The position numbers and the translations under genes are program-made. 64,000 bases of DNA. Origin: an uncultured Bacilli bacterium (GTDB lineage Bacteria; Bacillota_I; Bacilli_A; RF39; UBA660). The notes under the pieces were generated by a model. It made no database searches. It worked only from the letters and a program-made list of their open reading frames with translations, and was not told the DNA's origin. Positions 31,112 through 40,639 of this stretch are shown one piece after another. Within the stretch, counting starts at the first letter, position 1. Every line of letters begins with the position of its first letter. The stretch covers positions 42,095 to 106,094 of the forward strand of contig CANRPE010000001.1 in the NCBI GenBank assembly GCA_947632405.1. The letters run 5' to 3'.

Positions 31112-31140
31112 AAATTCTTATTTTAAGAATTTTTTATTTG
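31112..31140 (+). terminator. rho-independent terminator closing the island
   Basis: Stem AATTCTTA/TAAGAATT followed by TTTTTTATTT. Confidence 0.55.
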
Positions 31141-31215
31141 CTTATTTTCAAACAAGTAAAAACATGTTATAATATAAAATAGAATAAAAGAGTAAAAAGT
31201 GAGGTATCAAATATT

Positions 31216-32598
31216 ATGCAAACAAATGAAGAAGTAGTATATTTATATTTGGACGATATTATTCCAAATCGTTTTCAACCACGTGAAGTATTTGATGAAA
31301 GACCATTAAAAGAATTAGCTGTATCTATAAAAGAACATGGAGTTATTCAACCAATTATTGTTAGAAAAGTAAATGATAAATATGAAATCATTGCTGGTGA
31401 AAGAAGATATAAAGCCTCAGCTTTAGCGGGATTGACCAAAATACCTGCCATTGTTCGCAATTTAGATGATAAAGAAACCTCAAAAGTAGCTTTACTAGAA
31501 AATTTACAAAGAAAAAATTTAAATCCAATTGAAGAAGCAAAAACTTATCAAAAAATATTAGAGTTAGACGAAATGACTCAAGAAGAATTAGCTAAGACAA
31601 TGGGAAAAAGTCAATCTGCTGTTGCTAATAAACTTCGTTTGCTTTCGTTACCAGAAGAAATTCAAGAAGCAATTTTAAAAGAAAATATTTCAGAACGTCA
31701 CGCTAGAAGTTTATTAAATCTAGATAATGCCCAAGATCAAAAAGAAATGCTAAAAAAAATAATTGATAATAAAATGACAGTAAGAGAAGTAGAGGCAGAA
31801 ATAAAATCACAAGCAAAGGATGGAAATAATGTGGAAGAAGAAAATCAAGAAAATGAATTTCAAGAAGAAACAATGGATAATTCCCAAATAGCAAAAGATA
31901 TTCCTACTGCAGAAAATTATGTTCCTATTAATCCAATAATGCCTAACTTTGATGGAGAAAATAACGATTTAAATACTCCAATTTTAACAAATATTCCAAG
32001 TATTTCAGAACAAGACACTACTGAAGATAGCCAAGAATCATCATCTGAAGGTAAATTTATAAATTTTGGAAATATAAAAAGAGGACAAATTGAAGATGAT
32101 GACGATACTGATGAAAGTGATGACTATTATGTAAAAAACAATTCAACAGTAGATATAGATAATTTAAAGTCTAATGCAAAAGATTTATCAAGTCCAGTAG
32201 CTAATGATAACCAAGGATTAGATAGTTTATTAAAGATAAATGAACCAATATCAACAAATGAAAATAATAGTGAATCTGAATTTAAATTTTTCTCTCCAGC
32301 TCGAGAAGCTTTAAAAGAAAGTGAAAAAGAAATATCAACAGAAGATTATTTCAAAAGTCCAGAGTTAATATCAGTAGATTTACCTGATATTGTTCAAACA
32401 AATAATGTAGATGGAGTATCTTTACAAGAACAAAAAGATCAAACTCCTTTTCTAAATCAAAAAGCTACTACAATTAATGATGCTGTAGAAATAATAAGAT
32501 CAGGTTTAGAAAAAGTAGAATCCATGGGATTTAAAGTAGAAAAAGATGAAATAAATTTAGAAAAATCATACCAAATAGTAATTAAAATAGAAAAATAA
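31216..32598 (+). CDS. noc: ParB/Noc-like protein with a long acidic, low-complexity C-terminal extension
   Basis: The first 200 aa form a ParB N-terminal domain plus HTH (GERRYKA, an Arg-rich box). It lies in the noc position, immediately before soj-spo0J. Residues about 200-460 are acidic and disordered (EEENQENEFQEE, DDDDTDESDDYY). Confidence 0.75.
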   Translation: MQTNEEVVYLYLDDIIPNRFQPREVFDERPLKELAVSIKEHGVIQPIIVRKVNDKYEIIAGERRYKASALAGLTKIPAIVRNLDDKETSKVALLENLQRKNLNPIEEAKTYQKILELDEMTQEELAKTMGKSQSAVANKLRLLSLPEEIQEAILKENISERHARSLLNLDNAQDQKEMLKKIIDNKMTVREVEAEIKSQAKDGNNVEEENQENEFQEETMDNSQIAKDIPTAENYVPINPIMPNFDGENNDLNTPILTNIPSISEQDTTEDSQESSSEGKFINFGNIKRGQIEDDDDTDESDDYYVKNNSTVDIDNLKSNAKDLSSPVANDNQGLDSLLKINEPISTNENNSESEFKFFSPAREALKESEKEISTEDYFKSPELISVDLPDIVQTNNVDGVSLQEQKDQTPFLNQKATTINDAVEIIRSGLEKVESMGFKVEKDEINLEKSYQIVIKIEK

Positions 32599-32601
32599 AA
32601 A

Positions 32602-32628
32602 GGTAGATAATTCTACTTTTTTTTCATA
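32602..32628 (+). terminator. terminator after noc-like
   Basis: Stem GTAGA/TCTAC followed by TTTTTTTT. Confidence 0.4.
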
Positions 32629-32692
32629 AAAGCATTTCAAAACTATGTGTTTTTTGATACAATATAATATGTAACAGAAGAAAGGTGATAAA

Positions 32693-33478
32693 ATGGGAAA
32701 GATCATATCTTTAGTAAATCAAAAAGGCGGAGTAGGAAAAACAACAACAAGTATTAATCTTTCTGCATCACTAGCAGTATTAGGTAAAAAAGTATTATTG
32801 ATTGATTTAGATCCACAAGGTAATACAACAACAGGAGTTGGCATTAATAAGGGTGATATTGAACAAAGTATTTATGATGTTTTAATTCAAAAATGTAGTA
32901 TTGATCAAGCTACGATTAAAACTAAATATAAAAATTTATATATGATTCCTGCAACTATCAATTTAGCAGGACTAGATATAGAATTATTAGAAAAAAGTCA
33001 AAGTCAACCAGGATTTTCAAAAGGAGAACAATTAAAATATCATCTAAATAAAATAAAAGATAATTTTGATTTTATAATTATTGATTGTCCTCCATCATTA
33101 GGTATTATTACAACGAATGCTTTAACAGCATCTAATTCTGTTATTATTCCTGTACAATGTGAATTTTTTGCATTAGAAGGAATTATGCAATTATTAAATA
33201 CAATTATGTTAGCTCAAAAAACTTTAAATCCAAATTTAGATATTGAGGGAGTATTATTAACAATGTTAGATTCTAGAACTAATTTAGGATTTGAAGTAGT
33301 AGAAGATATTAGAAAGTTTTTTAAAGAAAGAGTATATAATACTATTATACCAAGATTAATTCGTTTGACTGAAGCTCCTTCTCATGGAGAACCAATTATT
33401 GCTTATGATCCAAAAAGTAGAGGTTCAGAAGCATACTTAAATTTAGCAAAGGAAGTGATTGAAAGAAATGGAAACTAA
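32693..33478 (+). CDS. soj: ParA/Soj chromosome partitioning ATPase
   Basis: Deviant Walker A NQKGGVGKTTT; 261 aa. Confidence 0.9.
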   Translation: MGKIISLVNQKGGVGKTTTSINLSASLAVLGKKVLLIDLDPQGNTTTGVGINKGDIEQSIYDVLIQKCSIDQATIKTKYKNLYMIPATINLAGLDIELLEKSQSQPGFSKGEQLKYHLNKIKDNFDFIIIDCPPSLGIITTNALTASNSVIIPVQCEFFALEGIMQLLNTIMLAQKTLNPNLDIEGVLLTMLDSRTNLGFEVVEDIRKFFKERVYNTIIPRLIRLTEAPSHGEPIIAYDPKSRGSEAYLNLAKEVIERNGN

Positions 33479-34361
33479 TAATGTAAAAAGAAGGGCCCTT
33501 GGTCGAGGTTTAGAAGAATTATTTAATAATGAACCTTTAGACTATAATAAAATAGAAGAAAAAATAATTACGGAAACACCAAAAGAACAAATCGTAAATG
33601 TTCCAATTTCTGAACTTCGCTCTAATCCATATCAACCTAGAAAAGTATTTGATCAAAAGGCTTTAGAGGAACTTGCAACTTCTATAAAAGAACATGGTGT
33701 TTTTCAACCAATCATTATTAAAAAAAGTATTAAAGGTTATGAAATAATTGCAGGTGAACGTAGAGTAAAAGCTTCAACTTTAGCAGGATTAAAAGAAATT
33801 CCAGCAATTATTCGTAATTTTACAGATAATGAAATGATGGAGATAGCTTTACTAGAAAATTTACAAAGAGAAAATTTAAGTGCTATAGAAGAAGCAAATG
33901 CTTATAAGAACTTATTAAACAGTTTAAATCTAACTCAAGAACAATTATCTGAAAGAATAGGAAAAAGTCGAAGTCATATTACTAATATGATTGGTTTATT
34001 GTCTTTACCAAAAACAACACAAAATTTAATTAATCAGAAAGAAATATCCATGGGACATGCTAGAGTTTTATCTAAACTAAAAGATGAAAATCAGATAAAT
34101 GAACTAACAGATAAAATTATGCAAGAAGGAATTAGTGTTAGAGAATTAGAAGAATTAACTTCAAGTAATAGTTATGAAAGAAAAAATAAGATAACTAGAT
34201 TACCTAAAACTCAAGAACAAGGACAATATCATTATTTAGAAGAAAAACTATGTGAAAAATTAGGAACTAAAGTAAAAATTAAAAGTAATAAAATGGAAAT
34301 AAAATTTACTAATGCTAATGATTTAAATCGTTTATTAGAAATAATGAATTTAGATAAATAA
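33459..34361 (+). CDS. spo0J: ParB/Spo0J chromosome partitioning protein
   Basis: 300 aa with a ParB box (GERRVKA) and HTH, overlapping soj. Confidence 0.9.
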   Translation: MKEMETNNVKRRALGRGLEELFNNEPLDYNKIEEKIITETPKEQIVNVPISELRSNPYQPRKVFDQKALEELATSIKEHGVFQPIIIKKSIKGYEIIAGERRVKASTLAGLKEIPAIIRNFTDNEMMEIALLENLQRENLSAIEEANAYKNLLNSLNLTQEQLSERIGKSRSHITNMIGLLSLPKTTQNLINQKEISMGHARVLSKLKDENQINELTDKIMQEGISVRELEELTSSNSYERKNKITRLPKTQEQGQYHYLEEKLCEKLGTKVKIKSNKMEIKFTNANDLNRLLEIMNLDK

Positions 34362-34381
34362 ACTTAAAATAGGGGTGAATT

Positions 34382-34576
34382 ATGGATAATAAAAGTTATG
34401 AATTAGGCTCTCATGTTGTTATGAAAAAGCAGCATCCATGTGGGAGTAATGAATGGGAAATTACTAGATTAGGTGCAGATATAAAAATCAGATGCATAAA
34501 ATGTAATCGTTCTATTTTTATCCCTAGAATTGAATTTAATAAAAAATTAAAAAAAGTAATAGATAAGAAAGGGTAG
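34382..34576 (+). CDS. DUF951-family small protein
   Basis: 64 aa (HPCGSNEWEI...CIKCNRS), in the conserved position after spo0J. Confidence 0.6.
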   Translation: MDNKSYELGSHVVMKKQHPCGSNEWEITRLGADIKIRCIKCNRSIFIPRIEFNKKLKKVIDKKG

Positions 34577-34580
34577 TATT

Positions 34581-36176
34581 ATGAGAGAAAAGAGAAAACT
34601 TAAACTAAAAACATTCTATTTTCATCCAATTACAGTATTTATTGTTCTTAGTTTTTTAGTAGTAATTTTAAGTGCTATTTTATCAAGTTTTGAAATGCAA
34701 GCAACATATCATACTGTTAATGCAACAACAAAGACTTTAGAAAATACAATTGTTGCTGTAGAAAATCTTCTTAATTTTGATGGCATGAAATTTATTATAA
34801 GTAATGCTGCAACTAATTTTATTAGCTTTTCTCCTCTTGCTACTTTATTAATTTCCTTAATTGGATTATCAGTAGCAGAAGCAACAGGATTTATTGAAGC
34901 TTTTTCTAGAAAATATGTAAGAAAATTTTCTTCAACACAAGTAACTTTTTTAGTAGTCTTTATTGGAATTATATCATCTTTAATTAATGATATAGGTTAT
35001 GCAATCTTAATTCCATTAGTAGCTATGATTTATGCGACAAACGGAAGAAATCCACTGACTGGTATTGTAACAGCATTTTGTAGTGTTGCTTTTGGCTATG
35101 GTGTTTCCATTTTTGTAGGCTCAATGGAAGTTTCTTTGATGGATTTTACTTCTAATGCAGCAGCTTTAATTGATGAAGCAACTCATATTAGTCTAACAAG
35201 TAATTTAATATTTATAATTGTAGCTTCACTTATTTTATCAGTTATAGGAACATTTATTATTGAAAAAATTATAAGTCCACGTCTTGGAAAATATCGAATT
35301 CAAGAGGACTTAACAAAAACAGAAGAATTAAGAATGATTGACTTAGAGGAAGAAGAACAAGTAAAAATAGAAAGAGAAAAAAGACAAAAAAGAGGTTTAC
35401 GCTTTGCACTTATTAGTTTTTTAATCATAATTATTTTATTTATATATATGATTATTCCAAATCTGCCAAATTCAGGAATGTTACTTGATATGAAAGAAAC
35501 TACTTATTTAGGTCAGATTTTTGGTCCTAATTCTTATTTCCAAGATGGTTTTACTTATATGATGTCTCTTTTATTCTTATTCATGGGTATAGCTTATGGA
35601 ATAGGAGCAAAAACAATTAAAAATGATAAAGAATTATTAGAAAAAACTGTACCTCATTTTTCTAAAATAGGAAATATACTTATTTTAATGTTTGTTGTTT
35701 CACAATTTATTGCAATTTTCAAAAGAACAAATATAGGAGTTGTTATTACAGCATGGTTTGCTAACTTAATAGAGTACTTAAAATTTAGTGGTATTCCTCT
35801 TATTATATTAGTTTTAATTTTAATAGCAATTTCTAATATTTTTATAACAACACCATCAGCTAAATGGGAGATTTTTGCTCCTGTAGTAGTACCAATGTTT
35901 ATGCAATCAAATATTTCTCCTCAATTTGCTCAAATTGTTATGAGAGTAGGAGATTGTATGACAAATGGTATTACTCCATTACTTGGTTGTTTTGCAATCT
36001 ATATTGGCTATTTAAATACCTATAATTTTGATAAAAATAAACCAATTACAATACGAAGATCAATAAAATTAGTATTACCATATTTTGCAATTATAAGTGT
36101 AACATGGATACTATTAGTCATTGGTTGGTATATTATTGGATTACCAATAGGTCCAGGTGTATATCCAACAATATAA
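34581..36176 (+). CDS. AbgT-family transporter
   Basis: 531 aa polytopic protein whose blocks NFISFSPLATLLISLIGLSVAEATGF and DIGYAILIPLVAMIYATNGRNPLTGIVTAFCSVAFGYGVS match AbgT/MtrF conserved regions. Confidence 0.65.
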   Translation: MREKRKLKLKTFYFHPITVFIVLSFLVVILSAILSSFEMQATYHTVNATTKTLENTIVAVENLLNFDGMKFIISNAATNFISFSPLATLLISLIGLSVAEATGFIEAFSRKYVRKFSSTQVTFLVVFIGIISSLINDIGYAILIPLVAMIYATNGRNPLTGIVTAFCSVAFGYGVSIFVGSMEVSLMDFTSNAAALIDEATHISLTSNLIFIIVASLILSVIGTFIIEKIISPRLGKYRIQEDLTKTEELRMIDLEEEEQVKIEREKRQKRGLRFALISFLIIIILFIYMIIPNLPNSGMLLDMKETTYLGQIFGPNSYFQDGFTYMMSLLFLFMGIAYGIGAKTIKNDKELLEKTVPHFSKIGNILILMFVVSQFIAIFKRTNIGVVITAWFANLIEYLKFSGIPLIILVLILIAISNIFITTPSAKWEIFAPVVVPMFMQSNISPQFAQIVMRVGDCMTNGITPLLGCFAIYIGYLNTYNFDKNKPITIRRSIKLVLPYFAIISVTWILLVIGWYIIGLPIGPGVYPTI

Positions 36177-36179
36177 TAA

Positions 36180-36205
36180 ATCCACAAAACTGTGGATTTT
36201 TGATT
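36180..36205 (+). terminator. rho-independent terminator
   Basis: Stem ATCCACA/TGTGGAT with loop AAAC, then TTTTT. Confidence 0.6.
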
Positions 36206-36363
36206 TTATCTTGATATACAAATAATAATTTAGTATAATAAAAAGAAAATTAATTTATATCTTTATAGATGATAAAGATAGCTATAGTATCAAAATTTTT
36301 ATAAAATATTAAAATTATCAGCTTTTAATGTGTTAGATAAATATAGAGGATGTGAGAATTAAT

Positions 36364-37464
36364 ATGAGTTTAACTGCAGGTATAGTAGGACTTCCAAATG
36401 TAGGTAAGTCAACATTATTTAATGCGATTACAAATCAAAAAATATTAGCAGAGAATTATCCTTTTGCAACAATAGAACCAAATGTAGGAGTAGTTACCGT
36501 ACCGGATGATAGAATGACTAAATTAAAAGAAATGTATGAGCCAAATAGATTCATTCCAACTGCTTATGAATTTACAGATATTGCAGGGCTTGTAAAAGGA
36601 GCTTCTAAAGGAGAGGGCTTAGGAAATAAATTTTTATCTCATATTAGAGAAGTAGATGCTATTGTTGAAGTTGTAAGATGCTTTGATAACGGTAAAATAA
36701 TTCACGTAGAAGGAACTATAGATCCATTAAGAGATATAGAAACAATAAATTTAGAATTAGCTATTGCTGATTTAGATATTATTAATAATAGATTAGAAAA
36801 GGTATCTAAAAAAGCAAGAACTACAAAAGATAAAGATACAATAATAGAAGTAGAAGCCTTAGAAAAAGCAAAGAAAGCCTTAGAAGAAAATAAACCTCTA
36901 AGACAACTAGAATTTAGTAAAGAAGAACAAAAAGTATTAAAGTCATATAGTTTTTTAACAATAAAACCAATTATTTATCTAGCAAATATAGAAGAAACAG
37001 AACTAGAAAAAGAAGATAATGAATATGTAAAACAAGTTAAAGATTATGCAAGAAAAGAAGGTTCGCAAGTAGTAAGTTTATGTGCTAAGGTCGAAGAAGA
37101 TTTAAGTGAATTAGATGAAGCAGATAAAAAGGAAATGTTAGAAGCACTAGGACTAACTGAATCAGGTCTAGATAAATTAATAACTGCAACATATGATATT
37201 TTAGGTCTTGCTACTTATTTTACAGTAGGAAAAGATGAAGTAAGAGCATGGACTTTTAAAAAAGGAATGAATGCTAAAGAATGTGCAGGTATAATTCATA
37301 CTGATTTTGAAAAAGGTTTTATAAGAGCGGAAGTAATATCATATAATGATTTAATAGAATATGGAAGTGAACTAAAAGTAAAAGAAGTAGGTAAAGCAAG
37401 ATTAGAAGGAAAAGATTATTTAATGCAAGATGGAGATATTTGTCATTTTAGATTTAATGTATAA
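36364..37464 (+). CDS. ychF: ribosome-binding ATPase YchF
   Basis: The MSLTAGIVGLPNVGKSTLFNA G1 motif and a C-terminal TGS domain. Confidence 0.9.
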   Translation: MSLTAGIVGLPNVGKSTLFNAITNQKILAENYPFATIEPNVGVVTVPDDRMTKLKEMYEPNRFIPTAYEFTDIAGLVKGASKGEGLGNKFLSHIREVDAIVEVVRCFDNGKIIHVEGTIDPLRDIETINLELAIADLDIINNRLEKVSKKARTTKDKDTIIEVEALEKAKKALEENKPLRQLEFSKEEQKVLKSYSFLTIKPIIYLANIEETELEKEDNEYVKQVKDYARKEGSQVVSLCAKVEEDLSELDEADKKEMLEALGLTESGLDKLITATYDILGLATYFTVGKDEVRAWTFKKGMNAKECAGIIHTDFEKGFIRAEVISYNDLIEYGSELKVKEVGKARLEGKDYLMQDGDICHFRFNV

Positions 37465-37477
37465 AGGAGAAATAAAT

Positions 37478-37996
37478 ATGGAAAATAAAAAATTATTATT
37501 ACAAAAAAAGAAACAATTATTAACATACTCTTTAGTTGCAGGACTAGGATTATCTACAGTTGGAGTAGTAGGATTATCTATATTAACAAGATGTGAGAGT
37601 AATTTTTCATATAATACAGACGATAATGGACAAATAGAAGTATCAGATCAAATTTCTTATAATAATTTAGTTAAATATGAATTTTTAGTTTTGCACTATC
37701 CAAATAATAATATGCAAATATATATGGCTCAAGAAAACTTTGCATATTATAGTGAGGAAAATTTTCACATACAATATTACGATATAGAAACGGATCAAAG
37801 AATACTTTATATAAGTAATGATTATTTTGAAAAAGATAATGGTATTGAATCATATGAAGAATTTAAAGTAGAAAATTTTATAATAGAGCATAAATATCAA
37901 AAAAGTGAATATACAATAGAAGATATAAGAAAATATATAAAAGAATTTAAAGAAGAATATCAAAATAATAAAAATAAGCAATTAATAAAAAAATAA
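37478..37996 (+). CDS. hypothetical membrane-anchored protein
   Basis: The start at MENKK follows an AAGGAG Shine-Dalgarno. There is one N-terminal TM/signal segment; the remainder is Y/E/N-rich. Confidence 0.4.
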   Translation: MENKKLLLQKKKQLLTYSLVAGLGLSTVGVVGLSILTRCESNFSYNTDDNGQIEVSDQISYNNLVKYEFLVLHYPNNNMQIYMAQENFAYYSEENFHIQYYDIETDQRILYISNDYFEKDNGIESYEEFKVENFIIEHKYQKSEYTIEDIRKYIKEFKEEYQNNKNKQLIKK

Positions 37997-38004
37997 GAAA
38001 AAAA

Positions 38005-38033
38005 TTTACAAAATATAAAACATTTGATATAAT
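38005..38033 (+). promoter_or_regulatory. sigma-A promoter of the rpsF-ssb-rpsR operon
   Basis: TTTACA at 38005-38010, a 17-nt spacer, and TATAAT at 38028-38033. A structured leader with a hairpin GAGTATT/AATACTC follows. Confidence 0.55.
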
Positions 38034-38097
38034 ACATACGAGTATTTAAAATACTCCTTACTCGAAAGAGTCATAAGTCCAAAAGGAGGTGTCGAAA

Positions 38098-38385
38098 ATG
38101 AATAAATATGAAATTATGTTCATTGTTAAATCTGATATGGAAGAAGCAGAAATTAATAAAACTGCAGAGTCTTTAAAAAAAGTTTTAACATCAAAAAAAG
38201 CTAACATCATCGAAGAAAAATCCATGGGACAAAAAGAGTTAGCATATGAAATCAATAAATTCAAGACAGGTTATTATTTCTTATTTGTAGTTGAAGCATC
38301 AGCTGAAGCAATAGAAGAATTTAATCGTGTTGTTGGAATTAATGAATGTATATTACGCCATTTAGTAGTAAAAAAAGAAGATTAA
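38098..38385 (+). CDS. rpsF: 30S ribosomal protein S6
   Basis: MNKYEIMFIV after an AAAGGAGGTG Shine-Dalgarno. Confidence 0.9.
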   Translation: MNKYEIMFIVKSDMEEAEINKTAESLKKVLTSKKANIIEEKSMGQKELAYEINKFKTGYYFLFVVEASAEAIEEFNRVVGINECILRHLVVKKED

Positions 38386-38409
38386 TAAAATAAGAAAGAG
38401 GTAATTGTC

Positions 38410-38874
38410 ATGAATAAAGTTTTTTTAATTGGTAGATTAACAAGAGATCCAGAATTAAGATATACAGGAAGTAATGTAGCTGTCGCATCTTTTTCACTTG
38501 CTGTAAATAGAAATTTTACAAATCAAGCAGGAGAAAGAGAAGCTGATTTTATAAATATAGTTGTTTGGAGAAAACAAGCAGAAAATGTTAAAAATTATTT
38601 ATCTCAAGGAAGTCAAGTAGCAATTGATGGAAGAATTCAAACACGCTCTTATGATGGTGAAGATGGTAAAAAAAGATATGTTACAGAAGTTATTGCTGAT
38701 AATGTAGAATTTTTGGGAACAAAAAATTCAAATCAAGCAGCAACTCAAACAACAGAACCAACTCCATATGATTTTGGAAATGAACCAGAGTCAACAGGTA
38801 CAAATGTAGATAGTAATCCTTTCGCAGATTTTGGATCTAGTATCGAAATTAGTGATGATGAATTACCATTCTAG
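38410..38874 (+). CDS. ssb: single-stranded DNA-binding protein
   Basis: An OB fold and a C-terminal acidic tip DDELPF. Confidence 0.95.
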   Translation: MNKVFLIGRLTRDPELRYTGSNVAVASFSLAVNRNFTNQAGEREADFINIVVWRKQAENVKNYLSQGSQVAIDGRIQTRSYDGEDGKKRYVTEVIADNVEFLGTKNSNQAATQTTEPTPYDFGNEPESTGTNVDSNPFADFGSSIEISDDELPF

Positions 38875-38888
38875 AAGGAGGAAAAATA

Positions 38889-39104
38889 ATGGCAGAATTT
38901 TATCGTAAAAAGAAAAAAGTTTGTATGATGTGCACTGGTAAAACAGTTGATTATAAAGATCCTGAAACATTAAGAAAATATATAAATGAAAAAGGAAAAA
39001 TTTTACCAAGACGTGTAACTGGCAATTGTGCTCGTCATCAAAGATTCATTGCTCAACAAATAAAAAGAGCTCGCGCAATTGCTTTATTACCATATACAAA
39101 ATAA
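38889..39104 (+). CDS. rpsR: 30S ribosomal protein S18
   Basis: 71 aa basic protein in the rpsF-ssb-rpsR context. Confidence 0.9.
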   Translation: MAEFYRKKKKVCMMCTGKTVDYKDPETLRKYINEKGKILPRRVTGNCARHQRFIAQQIKRARAIALLPYTK

Positions 39105-39196
39105 AAGAGTTGAATTTCAATTCTTTTTTTGTATATATCGACAAAAAATGCATTTTATTATATAATTATGGTGGGAGATTTTCCAAGGAGGCTATC

Positions 39197-40189
39197 ATGG
39201 AAATAATAAAGAAAAAAAAGAAATTATTAAAAAAAATAAAACATGCTAAGAAGATTTTTATTATGGCTCATAAAAATCTAGATTTAGATGCATTAGGTAG
39301 TTCTATTGGCTTATTTCAAATTCTAAAAAAGAAGAAAAAAAATTGTTATATTGTAATAGATGATAAAAATCATGAATTAGGTGTTGATAAAATTCTAAAA
39401 GAATTAGAAGGTTGTCTAAAAATTATAACAAGTGATAAGGTAGAACATATTTTAAATGGTAAAAATAAAAATAGTTTACTAATTATTTTAGATACAAATA
39501 AACATGAATTAGTACAAAGTGAATCTATTCTAAAATTATTTCCAGAAAAAGTTATTATTGATCATCATAGTTTAGGTAAAACAACAATTAAAGATGCTTT
39601 TATTATCCAAGATGAAAATGCATCTTCTACATGTGAAATGATAACAAGTTTAGTAGAAGCATATGATATAGAGTTAGATCCTTATTTTGCTACAATTTTA
39701 CTTTCTGGAATTGTCTTAGATACTAACAATTTTACATTAAAAACAACAGCAGAGACTTTTTATTGTGCATATTATTTATCAAGTATTGGAGCATCTGCTA
39801 AAAAAGTTCAATATTTATTAAAACAAGATATTATAGAATATACAGAAAGACAAAAGTTATTAACAAGATTAGAAGTAATATCTGAAAAGATTGCATTTAC
39901 AAAAGCTACTCCTTATACTATTTATCGTAAAGAAGATTTGGCAAAAATTGCAGATACATTATTATTCTTTAACGATATAGAAGCTTCTTTTGTTATTGGA
40001 AAAATAGATAAAGATACTATAGGAGTTAGTGCTAGAAGTTTAGGTAGTTTTGACATTTCAGCTATTTTAGCTAAAATAGGTGGAGGCGGAGACGAAGTTC
40101 ATGGAGCTGTTACTATCAAAAATAAAAATATTAGCCAAGTAGAAAAAATGCTTAAAGAAGTTATAAAAAAACAAGAAGGTGAAAAATAA
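39197..40189 (+). CDS. DHH/DHHA1 phosphoesterase (NrnA-like), in the position GdpP/YybT occupies in Bacillus
   Basis: The start at MEIIKKKKK follows an AAGGAGG Shine-Dalgarno. The DHH motif IIDHHS and the DHHA1 motif [10 protein letters not shown] are present. There is no TM, PAS or GGDEF region. Confidence 0.7.
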   Translation: MEIIKKKKKLLKKIKHAKKIFIMAHKNLDLDALGSSIGLFQILKKKKKNCYIVIDDKNHELGVDKILKELEGCLKIITSDKVEHILNGKNKNSLLIILDTNKHELVQSESILKLFPEKVIIDHHSLGKTTIKDAFIIQDENASSTCEMITSLVEAYDIELDPYFATILLSGIVLDTNNFTLKTTAETFYCAYYLSSIGASAKKVQYLLKQDIIEYTERQKLLTRLEVISEKIAFTKATPYTIYRKEDLAKIADTLLFFNDIEASFVIGKIDKDTIGVSARSLGSFDISAILAKIGGGGDEVHGAVTIKNKNISQVEKMLKEVIKKQEGEK

Positions 40190-40629
40190 TGCAAGTTATT
40201 TTTATAAAAGATTTGAAAAAGCAAGGAAAAAAGGGTGAAATAAAGACTGTAAAAGATGGCTATGCTCAAAACTTTTTAATAAAAAATGGCTATGCAGTTC
40301 CAGTTAATCAACACAATTTAAATGAATTAGAGAATCAAAATAAAAAGCAAGAGCAAGAAAATCAAAAAAATAAAGAAGAAGCTTTAAAATTAAAAGAAGA
40401 ATTAGAAAAAATAGAATTAGAATTTATAGTAAAAACAGGAAAAGATGATAAAGTATTTGGTAGCATTAGTCCAAAACAGATCAAGGAACAATTAGAGCTT
40501 CAAGGATATAAAATTGATAAAAAACAAATAGAACTAATTGAAAGTATTTCTAGTTTAGGTTATCATAATATCAAAATTAATCTTTATGGTTCTATTTTTG
40601 CAAAACTAAAAGTTCATGTTGTAAAGTAG
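40189..40629 (+). CDS. rplI: 50S ribosomal protein L9
   Basis: 146 aa beginning [19 protein letters not shown]. Confidence 0.9.
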   Translation: MQVIFIKDLKKQGKKGEIKTVKDGYAQNFLIKNGYAVPVNQHNLNELENQNKKQEQENQKNKEEALKLKEELEKIELEFIVKTGKDDKVFGSISPKQIKEQLELQGYKIDKKQIELIESISSLGYHNIKINLYGSIFAKLKVHVVK

Positions 40630-40639
40630 AGGTGATAAT

